The notes under the pieces were generated by a model. The model saw only the letters and a program-made list of their open reading frames with translations, did not search any database and was not told the origin of the DNA. A program made the translations under genes and the position numbers. A DNA stretch of 64,000 nt from Fimicolochytrium jonesii (Eukaryota): assembly GCF_025526975.1 (NCBI RefSeq), contig NW_026515682.1, positions 372,001 to 436,000 of the forward strand, in the 5' to 3' direction. Position 1 is the stretch's first letter. Every line of letters begins with the position of its first letter. This document shows positions 1 to 10,444 of this stretch, in pieces.

Positions 1-274
1 ACCGCGCCAAAAACCGAATGATTCGCTGATATCCAGACCCGCGACCCCATTTTCAAGGGCGTCATCTGTGTTCATCTGCCGGCCTGCCCCCTGAGAATTC
101 GGAACGCATACACGGTTTCGCACTACTACGTAGTTGCAACTACAGTACTTGGGTTTAAAGCTGGTAACACACCAACGCGCATGTTAGCAGATGACAAGTC
201 AACTCCAAGATTCCCCACCCACCACACAAACCCACCCACCAGGACGCAAAATCCCCTCATTCTCTTTCTGAAAA

Positions 275-1806
275 ATGGCAACAGCAACCGCCCCTCCATC
301 CACCGCCCCACCCGGCACACCCCTCCGCCCCGCCCGCGCAACCCCCCCATCCTCCGCCGGCACTCGAACAAGCACTTCCGCACGCCCAAGCAGCTCCCGA
401 GCCAAATCCGCCGGCAAGAACAAGGAGGTTATTCGGAAGACTGAGGAAGCGGAGGAGGGTGGTCGGAAGGGGGTTTGGGAGGTTATTCAGGTGTGTGATA
501 CATGGGGGAGGAGGGTGTGGGATGTTTTGTTTGGGGGAGTCATGGAAGAGGGATGAGAAATTGATAGGTTGCTTTTCCGGTAGGACCGGATTGGTGCACC
601 TCTTACATGGACGTTTCTCACAGCGGCGGACATTACGGCGCTGAACGGGTTTACAGGTCCGGAGGATGTTGTGAGGTTTGTGTCTGCGCTGCAAATTTAC
701 CACTCGGAGGGTTGTATTGTACTGATGGACGTTGTATGGGATGTTTTAGCAAATTCGCACAACTGTTGGGACTAGATGGCGTGCATCGCAAGGATCTGTT
801 TGCGGGGATAAGCGTTATGTTTCATGTTGGGAATTACATGTAAGCTTCAGCTTGTCAACTGCTGCAGCTGGCTGGTCAAACTCCCAGTGTCCATTAATGG
901 ATATCTGATGTTCTCTGTATAGGTATGCAAAGGATAAGGGTTTCACGGACGCAGAAACAGCGGCATTTTGTGCGATATTGAAGACTTGTTTGGAGAATGG
1001 CAGTGAGTACAGACACTCTCCATTCCTTCCTCCCCTGATGCTTCACAGCCCGTACTCACTGCTATCGTATCCACCAGAGCACCTCACCACCCTCGACAAA
1101 GCCCTCACGCACACCCAAGAGCTGCTCATCGCCCACACCGGCTCGGCTTCTCAATCACAGATTCAGTCGACACCAGAAGCACCGACAGGCGAGAAAGCCC
1201 AATGGGAGGTGTTCCGCCCAGAGGTGGTCGACATCATCACCGACTACATTGTCCTCACGTACGTACGGGTTTTATCATAAGCACAATCACATCCATATAT
1301 CAAAATCACAAAAGGCTAAAACTGCTCCAATCAATAGATTTTTGCAGCATTTCCGATTATACCACTACACCCTAACCCACCCTCAACCCCCGCACACAAC
1401 CACCCACACCCTCCACCTCAATGAACCCCCAACCCTCACCCCGCCCACACGCACCGGCAGCGGCTCAAAATCCAGCCGGCCCTCCACCCGTTCCCGCAAA
1501 TCCACCGCCAAACCCCTCGCCACCTGGCCACCCCCCCTCTCCAGCCACCTACCCCTCGCCATCCACGAAGCGCAAAAGGCGGAGCAGGCGCAACGCGAGC
1601 GCGAGCGGATAGCTGCTGAAGCCGCGTTGAGGGAGGAGGAGAGGAAAGCGAGGGAGAACCCGTTTGGGGTACTTGATAATGAGAGTGTTAAGAATGTGGC
1701 GGTGGAGGTTGTGGCGGAGATGCTTGCGGCGGTGGGGAGGGAGGTGGAGGCGAGGTTGGAGGAGGGACGGGGGAGGTTTTTGGAGAGAGTTGGAGGGGTC
1801 AAGTAG
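275..1806 (+). CDS. Multi-exon flagellar C1a-32 / CFAP119 / C8orf74-like protein
   Basis: ATG at 275 and GT..AG introns join exons reading ...AKDKGFTDAETAAFCAILKTCLEN...VFRPEVVDIITDYIVLT|FLQHFRLYHYTLT..., resembling the C1a-32 (CLAMP) family pattern, followed by a coiled-coil C-terminus ending at TAG 1806. Confidence 0.6.
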
Positions 1807-2195
1807 GGATATGTTGAAGGGCTGTTCTGGGGATGTATCGGTGTGTTTTGCGAGATGTGCACCCTTTCAAGATGTAACCATATGTGCACAGCAGGGGAAT
1901 TAGCTGAAAACATAGCTGACTACGCAATCACCTCGGCCGCTCATAAACAATCTCAATCCTCCCCACCCCATCCGGATCAACCTGCGCAACATCCGAATAC
2001 TTCCTCGTCAGCCGCTTCCTCTTCAGGGAATAGCACATCCCCGTCGCACGGAACCCTACAAAACCGCCGTTACAACACACGGCGACTCGGAAGACTCGGA
2101 TATCGACTGGCAACAGCAACTCACCCACACGGCAACGTGCAGTAACTCCCCCACTTTGAGCTTCCCCGACAGCGATTGTTGTGTAGGCCATTGGC

Positions 2196-2855
2196 GTGCA
2201 AGAGATTCCGCCTTTGAAATCGTCGCAAGTAATCGCAATGGTCGGCACTCTGAATTTGGACTGGAATACATTCTACGTGCGAAAGGAGAAGGAGTGGACC
2301 GAGGTGCCCAGGGCGACTGCAGACGAAGTGGCCGCTCGAGGGCCATACGACATTGTCACAGCATGTAATCGCCGGGCTTACTTTCGACGGTACGGAAGCA
2401 CCACACCGCGGCAACCTTTGTGGAAGACCGCCGACAGGGGATTCAAGTTCACTTGCGTCAATTGCAAGATGGAAGTGGATATGGTGAGCAGCGTCAACTC
2501 TTGTCAAGGTCACTTTGACAGATCCGTTGGGGGCCTCCCGTGTGTCGTCTACTACGAGTTTGAGAACGAGGACGGTGAAACACGACCACTGCTCACTTGT
2601 CGGCAGAGCCGGCTGATACGATGGGTGCACACTCGCCCAGCGGGGGACATAGGGGACATCGATGTCCCATGGGACGAATACCTCATACAGCGGGAGGCGG
2701 AGGGTGCGGGCGAGGACGGCGACGATGAGGGAGAGGAGGAAGAACGGGATGCGGTTCCCGCCCCCCTAAGCACGCCCTCAAGTGCGAGTGAGACCGCTGG
2801 ACAAACGCCAATTTTGGGCTCGCCAAACGAAGCCTCCGCTGAAGGCTGCAAGTAA
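2196..2855 (+). CDS. Orphan ORF (about 205-219 aa) with CxxC motif and acidic tail
   Basis: Open frame with protein-like composition (FTCVNCKME; GEDGDDEGEEEERD), first ATG at 2238; no family recognised. Confidence 0.3.
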   Translation: MQEIPPLKSSQVIAMVGTLNLDWNTFYVRKEKEWTEVPRATADEVAARGPYDIVTACNRRAYFRRYGSTTPRQPLWKTADRGFKFTCVNCKMEVDMVSSVNSCQGHFDRSVGGLPCVVYYEFENEDGETRPLLTCRQSRLIRWVHTRPAGDIGDIDVPWDEYLIQREAEGAGEDGDDEGEEEERDAVPAPLSTPSSASETAGQTPILGSPNEASAEGCK

Positions 2856-3252
2856 GTGAGAGAACGAGAGAAACCTGTAGGAGGATACCGACCCTTCCAT
2901 TTTGTCGATGAACGCAGTCTGCGCTTTGTCGATGCTTGAGTTTCGGGGAGCTGGGACAGGCGTGAGGTTTGACATGCACTGCAGGCATGAGGCGTGAGGT
3001 CTGCAGCACATTGGCACAATCGGCCACAAAGGCAAGGGCATCATTCCAGGATGTACCGGAGAGACACAATGTAGCATGTATGTAGCATCCGGACATCTTA
3101 CATATGTGCGGTAATTCCTCGTTCCCACCTCAACTTCGTTGCGGTCGTAGCTAAGTACGCTTGCAATGCTCAATGTCTCGTTTCCTACCATCCCTGCCAG
3201 TTGCGAAGCTCGACAAAAGTCCCGTGGAAGTGGATGCAGCGCCGGAAATCCC

Positions 3253-3359
3253 TTCCAGGGGTTAGGGTTAGGGTTAGGGTTAGGATAACCCTACACTCTT
3301 TCAAAGTGACCTGCCGTTCCAGGGGTTAGGGTTAGGGTTAGGGTTAGGGTAACCCTACA
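3253..3359 (+). repeat. Two 43-bp direct copies of TTCCAGGGG(TTAGGG)4-TAACCCTACA separated by a 21-bp spacer
   Basis: Copy 1 at 3253-3295 and copy 2 at 3317-3359 differ by one base (TTAGGA vs TTAGGG). Confidence 0.95.
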
Positions 3360-3707
3360 AGCCGTCAATAGATCGGTCAACACTCCCTGCATCAACCCCC
3401 TAGCCTTTCACATCCACTCTCGGCATAAGCAAAAACCCGACATACGTTCTTCAACCGAACGGGGTAAGGAGTCCCGAGTAAGAACTGAATGAAAACATGA
3501 GTGTAGAGTTGGCAGAAAGCAGCTTGTTGTTGTTGGATGTCGCGTTGAGCAGCGACGGACGGGCGATGAGGTCCAGGATGAGGTCACACGTCTCCACTCC
3601 ACTGACTCCAGGCGAAACTTGGCAACGAGAGACAAAAACACTGCACACTCCGTCCTCCCGAGTTCTGCGCATACATACAGACAGTACCCTCAGACACTCT
3701 TCTCAGC

Positions 3708-4670
3708 ATGCCGCTCATCTACGCCTTAACCTCCCGGGGCTCCATCATCCTCGCAGAGCATGCTGCGACGACAGGCAACTTCCAGCAGGTCACGCAGCAT
3801 ATCTTGGAGAGGTTGCCCGAGCAGGAGGAGGGAAAGGACGGGGAGACGAGGATGACGTTTGTTTATGATCGGTAAGTTTCGACAAGGAGAGCGGAGGGTT
3901 GGGTACTTTTGACGAGCGAGGGACAGCACTTTGTGGTCCGCATTCGTCCATCCCACCCAGTATCAATATCACACCCACTTGTCGCTGACTCCTACCTCTC
4001 TCCCACCCGCACACAGCTACCTCTTCCACCACTTGACCTCGCATGGCATCACCTTTCTCTGCCTCGCGGACGACGGGTTCGGCCGCCGCATCCCATTCGC
4101 ATTCCTCGAAGACCTCAAGCAGCGGTTCGAGAAGACCTACGGCTTTGAACGGCCAAAGCATGCGATTGCGTATGGGCTGAACGAGTTTTCCAGGGTTATC
4201 CAGGCTCAGATGGTGTGTATCACTACTTCATCAATCTAGTAATTTGAAAGAGCGCTGTATCTCACCCAACCTGTGATTCATAGGAACACTTCAACAACAC
4301 GCCTCAAACCGACCGCTTCCACAACGTACAATCCGAGATCGACGCCGTGCGCGACGTCATGGTCACCAACATCGAAAAAGTGCTCGAGCGCGGGGACAGA
4401 ATTGAGATCCTAGTCGACAAAACCGACACGTTGAACGCGACATCGTTTGCGTTCAAGAAGCGGTCGACGGCGTTGAGGAGGCGGGAGTGGTGGAAGAATA
4501 CAAAGTTGATGGTGCTTATGGGTGTTGGGGTGCTGCTTGTGATTTGGTTTGTGGTCACGGCGAGGTGTGGGTTTACGTTTAGTGATTGCAAGGTGAGGTT
4601 GTTGTGGTTTTGTTCTTTGCTGATTTGTGTGCAGGTTATTCCAACGTCGTCAATCCAATTCCAGGCCTGA
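3708..4670 (+). CDS. VAMP7: Longin R-SNARE VAMP7-like (vesicle-associated membrane protein 7)
   Basis: Longin start MPLIYALTSRGSIILAEH; RRIPFAFLEDLKQRF; synaptobrevin motif VMVTNIEKVLERGDRIEILVDKTDTL...WWKN plus TM helix; short GT-AG introns. Confidence 0.92.
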
Positions 4671-5362
4671 GGAATCCTACATCAATCCCGCTCGACATCC
4701 ACCATCGCCCGATTTTTGTAATCCCATGCGCATCAGCATCCCCGCGCCCATCCCATTGTACATCGCCTCCCTAAGTTTTGAATCTTCGCCAAAACCCCCT
4801 TGCACGATATGTTTCCCTCCCCCGACCGCCATGTTGTTCCACGTTTCCCCCCATATTCCGCCAATGTCCCCCCCCACACATTCCGCCACACATGTACATA
4901 ACAGTTTCGCAGTTTCGACAAATGAATGAGAATTTCGTGTCTATCCAAGTCGTTCGGCGGTATTCGGTCCGATCTCTTTTTTCCTTGTTCTTTTTGTGTG
5001 TGTCATGCACAGAATACAAGTCGTGATAGCCGACATCAAAAAATCTGCAAACGAGTAGACCGCATTCGGGAAACAAAGCGATAAGCCGTGAAGTGTTGGA
5101 TCAGGGCAGTAAAGACTCACTTGCATGGCACCATATCGGTAATACCACCGGTTATTAAGCCCCGCACCAAGCGATTCCAGTGAAAGTCTATATGCATGCC
5201 CGCCCATGGGTGTTTACCTACGTACAATGGCCCCGCACAGCAGAGCAGATACGCAGTACGGCATTCGGATACAGCAAGGTAATGGATGTCCCACTCACTA
5301 GGGATGCAGCAACCGCGTGCGATTTCGAAGTGTCGGCAACCGTTTTTTGGAACGGAGTAGTA

Positions 5363-5394
5363 TAGGGTCCCTAACCTTAACCCTAACCCTAACC
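5363..5394 (-). repeat. Short interstitial telomeric tract (CCCTAA)4, one unit CCTTAA, preceded by an inverted TAGGGT
   Basis: tagggt-ccctaa-ccttaa-ccctaa-ccctaa-cc. Confidence 0.9.
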
Positions 5395-5565
5395 TTTGTA
5401 GGCAAAATTGACGGCGGATTGACAGCATTCGACAAACCAACACGCATGAGGGCGACAACGTTCTCGCTCAAAATGGGATATGGGAGTCGGCAAAATGGAA
5501 GAAGGTTATTGCAATGAATGTGGCGCTGGGTGGGCCGTCTTCCGGCGAGAGCTGATGAGAGGTAT

Positions 5566-6211
5566 GCATAAATAAACATCCCCCCAATGCAGGCACCCCT
5601 CACCTCCAATAGGACACGGAAAGGAAAACGACGGAGGAAGATTACTCCCGCAAGACGAGCTGTGGACATGAAAACCGGATTGACAGCATCGGGGTTGTGG
5701 GATGCATAAACATCCCCAATGGGGGCACTCCTCACCTCCAATAGGACACGGAAAGGGAAACGACGCAGGAAGATTCCACCCGCAAGACGAACTGGAAATG
5801 AAAACCAGATTGACAGCATCGGGGATGTGGGATGCATAAACATCCCCAATGGGGGCACTCCTCACCTCCAATAGGACACGGAGAGGAAAACGACGCAGGA
5901 AGGTTACGCCGGGACGAACTGGACATGAAAACTAGATTGACAGCATCGGGGATGTGGGATGCATAAACATCCTCAATGGGGACTCCTCACCTCCAATAGG
6001 ACACGGAGAGGAAAACGACGCAGGAAGGTTAAGCCGGGACGAACTGGACATGAAAACTAGATTGACAGCATCGGGGATGTGGGATGCATAAACATCCCCA
6101 ATGGGGGCCCTCCGCATCTCCAACCTGACACGGAGAGGAAAACGACGCAGGAAGGTTAAGCCGGGACGAACTGGACATGAAAACCAGATTGACAGCATCA
6201 GGGATGTGGGA
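5566..6211. repeat. Tandem array of 5 units of about 125-132 bp, with a diverged sixth unit near 6300-6420
   Basis: GCATAAACATCC..CTCCAATAGGACACGG..ACGACGCAGGAAG..ATTGACAGCATCGGGGATGTGGGAT recurs; anchor CTCCAA at 5604, 5736, 5866, 5991, 6118 and 6333. Confidence 0.95.
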
Positions 6212-6553
6212 GCAGCTATAGCAGTTGACAACTGTGACGGGCAATGACAGCCTCCCGAGCGGGACAGACTACGTATATGGCTCTATCGTGGAGAGGTTAC
6301 TTATAAACATAGCCATTGCTCACACTTCCCAGCTCCAATAGGACACCGTGGACGAGGAAAAGGAAAGAAACGACACCGGAATATGCAGGGCTACTGAAAT
6401 CGTCACTGGATATGGACGATAGCATAGCATTCGACACCAACAAGATATGCTGGATATGCTGGACCACCATCCAGTCGCCATACCAACGTCTCCATATCCA
6501 CCCACAGGCGATAGGACCCGTCGTCGTCGTCACATATCAACACGCTATGGACC

Positions 6554-6614
6554 TAGCCCATAGCCCATAGCCCATAGCCCATAGCCCATAGCTCACACCC
6601 ATACCCATACCCAT
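6554..6614. repeat. (TAGCCCA)5 and (CCCATA)n microsatellites, telomere-like variants
   Basis: Read directly from the sequence. Confidence 0.9.
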
Positions 6615-6637
6615 CCGCTGCAACAAAAACCTCAACA

Positions 6638-6935
6638 CCTCCTCGCTCGTCAGTCATCCTCGGACTTCGTCGCCATTCCACGCTGACAACCCCTCCTCGC
6701 TCGTCAGTCATCCTCGCCTTCGTCGCCATTCTACCGCATCACCCTGACAACCCCTCGCTCGGCGTCATCCTCGGACTTCCGTCGGCACTCGGACTTCACC
6801 CCTGTCGTCGTCAGCAGGCCCAGGCCATCCCGGGCTCGGATTTCGTCGCCAGTCGGACTTCGTCGGCATTCCACGTGCGCTTACGACCACCTATGCGTCG
6901 TCGGCACCCCTGTCGTCGTCAGCAGGCCCAGGTCG
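6638..6935. repeat. Degenerate short repeats (CCTCGCTCGTCAGTCATCCTCG, CGGACTTCGTCG, CACCCCTGTCGTCGTCAGCAGGCCCAGG x2)
   Basis: Several imperfect direct copies are visible. Confidence 0.8.
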
Positions 6936-7254
6936 GTCATCGTCCTTCTCCCGCCGCGACAAAAACGCGTCACATAATCACCTCGCGTCGCATCCCGCAA
7001 TCCCTTCAGACACCGACAACGCGTTGCCCGCTTAGCATCGTCAGCCAAAGAACACCGGGAACTTCCAGGCCTCCCCTTTCTCATGAATCATCGGCGCATT
7101 TGAAATGCGAGCACGCAATTCCCCTGGATTGCGGGCGCAGTCCTATACTGTGCCACCTTTTGGAAATGAGGTTCTTCCTCGGGATCTCGTTTCCAGAGGG
7201 AGCAGCAGCGAGCAGAGAGAGAGCCGTTGCGGGCGTCCTAGTGAGCCCGAAGTC

Positions 7255-7261
7255 TATAAAA
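7255..7261 (+). promoter_or_regulatory. Candidate TATA box (TATAAAA) upstream of the repeat-rich unit
   Basis: CTATAAAAGG followed by a pyrimidine-rich stretch and TCAGT at about 7301. Confidence 0.45.
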
Positions 7262-7324
7262 GGAGGACCTCGGTTCGCCCTCCCCTCCACTTTTTCCTCA
7301 TCAGTTCCGCACACAACAATCTCC

Positions 7325-7530
7325 TCTACTACTACTACCTCTTCCCTACTACTACCTCTTCTCGACTACTACCTCTTCACTACTACTACCTCTTCTCGAC
7401 TACTACCTCTTCTCGACTACTACCTCTTCGCTACTACTACCTCTTCTCGACTACTACCTCTTCTCGACTACTACCTCTTCGCTACTACTACCTCTTCTCG
7501 ACTACTACCTCTTCTCGACTACTACCTATC
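7325..7530. repeat. CTA-rich minisatellite (CTACTACCTCTTCTCGA / CTACTACCTCTTCG units)
   Basis: Read directly; it produces spurious YYY/TTT-rich ORFs. Confidence 0.95.
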
Positions 7531-7571
7531 GGTCGCTCACGTACTACTACTCTGGCCTACTGCCGACTACA

Positions 7572-8110
7572 ACACAAGATCAACGTCCGCTACCGCTTCG
7601 CCAGCACCCAAGATCAAGATCCGCTATACCGCTTCGCCAGCACCCAAGATCAACGTCCGCTATACCGCTCCGCACCCAAGATCAAGGTCCGCTACCCGCT
7701 TCACCAGCACCCAAGATCAAGGTCCGCTGTACCGCTTCGCCAGCACCCAAGATCAAGGTCCACTACCCGCTTCGCCAGCACACAAGATCAAGGTTCGTCA
7801 TCGTCCGCAATGACCTTAAACTACCACCCTTCATCGACAGTACCGCTTCGCCAGCCACTACCACTACCACCCTTCATCGACGGTACCGCTTCATCAGCAC
7901 ACAAGATCAAGGTCCGTCATCGTCCGCAATGACCTTAACCTACCACCCTTCATCGACGGTACCGCTTCGCCAGCCACTATCACTACCACCCTTCATCGAC
8001 GGTACCGCTTCATCAGCACACAAGATCAAAATCCGTCATCGTCCGCAATGACCTTAAACTACCACCATCGGCGCTCTTCTTCGGTATTATCGGGTCCGAA
8101 ATGACGCTAA
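7572..8110. repeat. Minisatellite TACCGCTTCGCCAGCACCCAAGATCAAGGTCCG grading into an approximately 120-bp higher-order unit (CGTCCGCAATGACCTTAA..CTACCACC at about 7802, 7921 and 8040)
   Basis: Read directly from the sequence. Confidence 0.9.
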
Positions 8111-8618
8111 ACTACGATCATCGGCGCTTCTTCTTCGGTCGGCACTATCGGGTCCGGGAAACTACCATCGGCACTTCTTCTTCGGTCGGCACTCCTTTTC
8201 GGCACTCCTTCGGCACCGTGCTGGGGGAACCACGTGAAACGCCCCGACGTTCCATTCTTTTCTTTTCTTTCCTTTTCTTTTCGTTTCTTCTCGTGCTAAC
8301 TTTCCATTCTTTTCTTTCCTTTCTTTTCGTGCTGGGAGCATGCGTACGTTAAAGGGCCGGTGCTAGGCAACCACAGAAAACGCTTCGTGCTGGTAGGCAT
8401 GCGTACGTTAAAGGGCCGGTGCTGGGCTACCACAGAAAACGCTCCGTGATGGAAGACACACGTTAAATAGCCCGCGTAATGGGCGTTATGAACCTGGAAT
8501 GTGATTGAAATCAACGCAAAGCGACCGTGACACTCGGTGGCTACCTTCGGGTAGACAGGGCAGGGGCTGGTGATGAGAGTGGTGAGGTGAGTTACGTGCT
8601 GTGAAATACAAGAATCAC

Positions 8619-8966
8619 GTATATCGACTGACGATCTGGTTATTAGTTGTCTTTTCTTTACCGTCGGCGCTCTTCTTCGGCACTCTTCTTCGGTCCACTG
8701 GTTAGTTATCTCATCTTAGGAAATCGTGACTGATTCTTGTATATCGACTGACGATCTGGTTATTAGTTGTCTTTTCTTTACCGTCGGCGCTCTTCTTCGG
8801 CACTCTTCTTCGGTCCACTGGCTAGTTATCTCATCTTATAAAATCGTGACTGATTCTTGTATATCGACTGAGGATCTGGTTATTAGTTGTCTTTTCTTTA
8901 CCGTCGGCGCTCTTCTTCGGCACTCTTCTTCGGTCCACTGGTTAGTTATCTCACCTTATGAAATCG
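8619..8966 (+). repeat. Three near-identical tandem units with exact 120-bp period
   Basis: GTATATCGACTGACGATCTGGTTATTAGTTGTCTTTTC... starts at 8619, 8739 and 8859. Confidence 0.97.
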
Positions 8967-8974
8967 CAATCCTC

Positions 8975-9356
8975 TTCGGTCGGGTCCGAAATGACGTTAA
9001 ACTACCATCGGCACTCCTTCGGCACTCCTTCGGCGCTCCTTCGGCACTCCTTCGGCACTTCTTCGGTTCGGTCGGGTCCGAAATGACGTTAAACTACCAT
9101 CGGCACTCCTCGGCACTCCTTCGGTTCGGTCGGGTCCGAAATGACGTTAAACTACCATCGGCACTCCTTCGGTTCGGTCGGGTCCGAAATGACGTTAAAC
9201 TACCATCGGCACGTCCGAAATGACGTTAAACTACGATCGGCACGTGGAAGTGGAAGAAACACGTTAACCAGCCCGTGGACGTGGACGACACGTTAACCAG
9301 CCCGTGGAAGTGGAAAAACACGTTAACCAGCCCGTGATCAGGAAAACCACGTTAAA
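8975..9356. repeat. About 45-bp units (TCGGGTCCGAAATGACGTTAAACTACCATCGGCAC) followed by about 30-bp units (CGTGGAAGTGGAA..ACACGTTAACCAGCC)
   Basis: Read directly from the sequence. Confidence 0.93.
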
Positions 9357-9481
9357 CGACCCGCGTAATGGGCGTTATGAACCTGGAATGTGATGAAATC
9401 AACGCAAAGCGACCGTGACACTCGGTGGCCATGGAAGGATCGCTGGGCGACTCCATGGACAGGGAATGTGGACAGGGCGAC

Positions 9482-9870
9482 TCTTGAGGTATGTATTTGA
9501 TCATCATCGTCGCCGTCGTGATCTTCACTGCTCTTCAACATTCATTGATATCGTCTTCTGCTTCTCTATTAGATGAGAGTGATGACGAGGATCTTGAGGT
9601 ATGTATTTGATCATCATCGTCGCCGTTGCGGATCATCACTCGTCTTCTGCTTCTCCATTAGATGAGAGTGATGACGAGGATCTTGAGGTATGTATTTGAT
9701 CGTCATCGTCGCCGTCGCACTGCTCTTCAACATTCATTGATATCGTCTTCTGCTTCTCTATTAGATGAGAGTGATGACGAGGATCTTGAGGTATGTTTTT
9801 GATCATCATCGTCGCCGTCGCACTGCTCTTCACTGCTCTTCAACATTCATTGATATCGTCTTCTGCTTCT
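9482..9870 (+). repeat. Four tandem units of 89-110 bp (TCTTGAGGTATGT...TTAGATGAGAGTGATGACGAGGA)
   Basis: TCTTGAGGTATGT at 9482, 9592, 9681 and 9784. Confidence 0.95.
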
Positions 9871-10438
9871 CGTCTTCAGGAGCTAGAGGACGCTAGAGGA
9901 CGCCGAAATCGACATCGAGAACTTCATCGAGGAAGCCGGCGAGAACGACATCGACGAGGCCGCGGAGCAAGACGTCAAGGAGCTAAGGTAAATATCATCA
10001 TTGTCTGCTTTGATCACTGTTCGAAATCCGCTAACACTCGTCGTCGTCCATAGAAGCCACCGGACACGCAGGAACTACCATCGGCACGTCAACGACCATC
10101 GGCACGTTAAACGACTGTCGGCACATTGAACGACCATCGGCACTCTTCTTCGGCACTCTTTTTCGTTTCGGCACCACCCTTCTTCGCTCGTGCTGGGCAC
10201 CCACGTTAAAAGGCCCAAGCGAAGCGACCGTTCTTCTCGGTGGCTCCCTCGGGAGACAATCGTGCTGGGAGCATGCGTACGTTAAAGGGCCGGTGCTGGG
10301 CAACCACATTAAACGCTCTGGAATGTGAGAATCAACGCGAAGCGACCGTTATACTCGGTGGCTCCCTCGGGAGACAAGTAATGGGACGGGAATGACTCGT
10401 ATATATCTCTCTTGTACTATATTATAATACTATCTTTC

Positions 10439-10444
10439 AATAAA
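10439..10444 (+). terminator. Candidate polyadenylation signal AATAAA in an AT-rich patch ending the repeat block
   Basis: TATATATCTC...TATTATAATACTATCTTTCAATAAAAA. Confidence 0.35.

Noticed and set aside
3253..3359. CRISPR array
   Set aside because: Only two repeats, made of telomeric sequence, in a eukaryotic context with no cas genes.
6875..7932. Long ORFs of 312 and 275 aa as real genes
   Set aside because: They stay open because the CTA-rich and CAAGATCAAG minisatellites lack stops; the products are low-complexity in overlapping frames.
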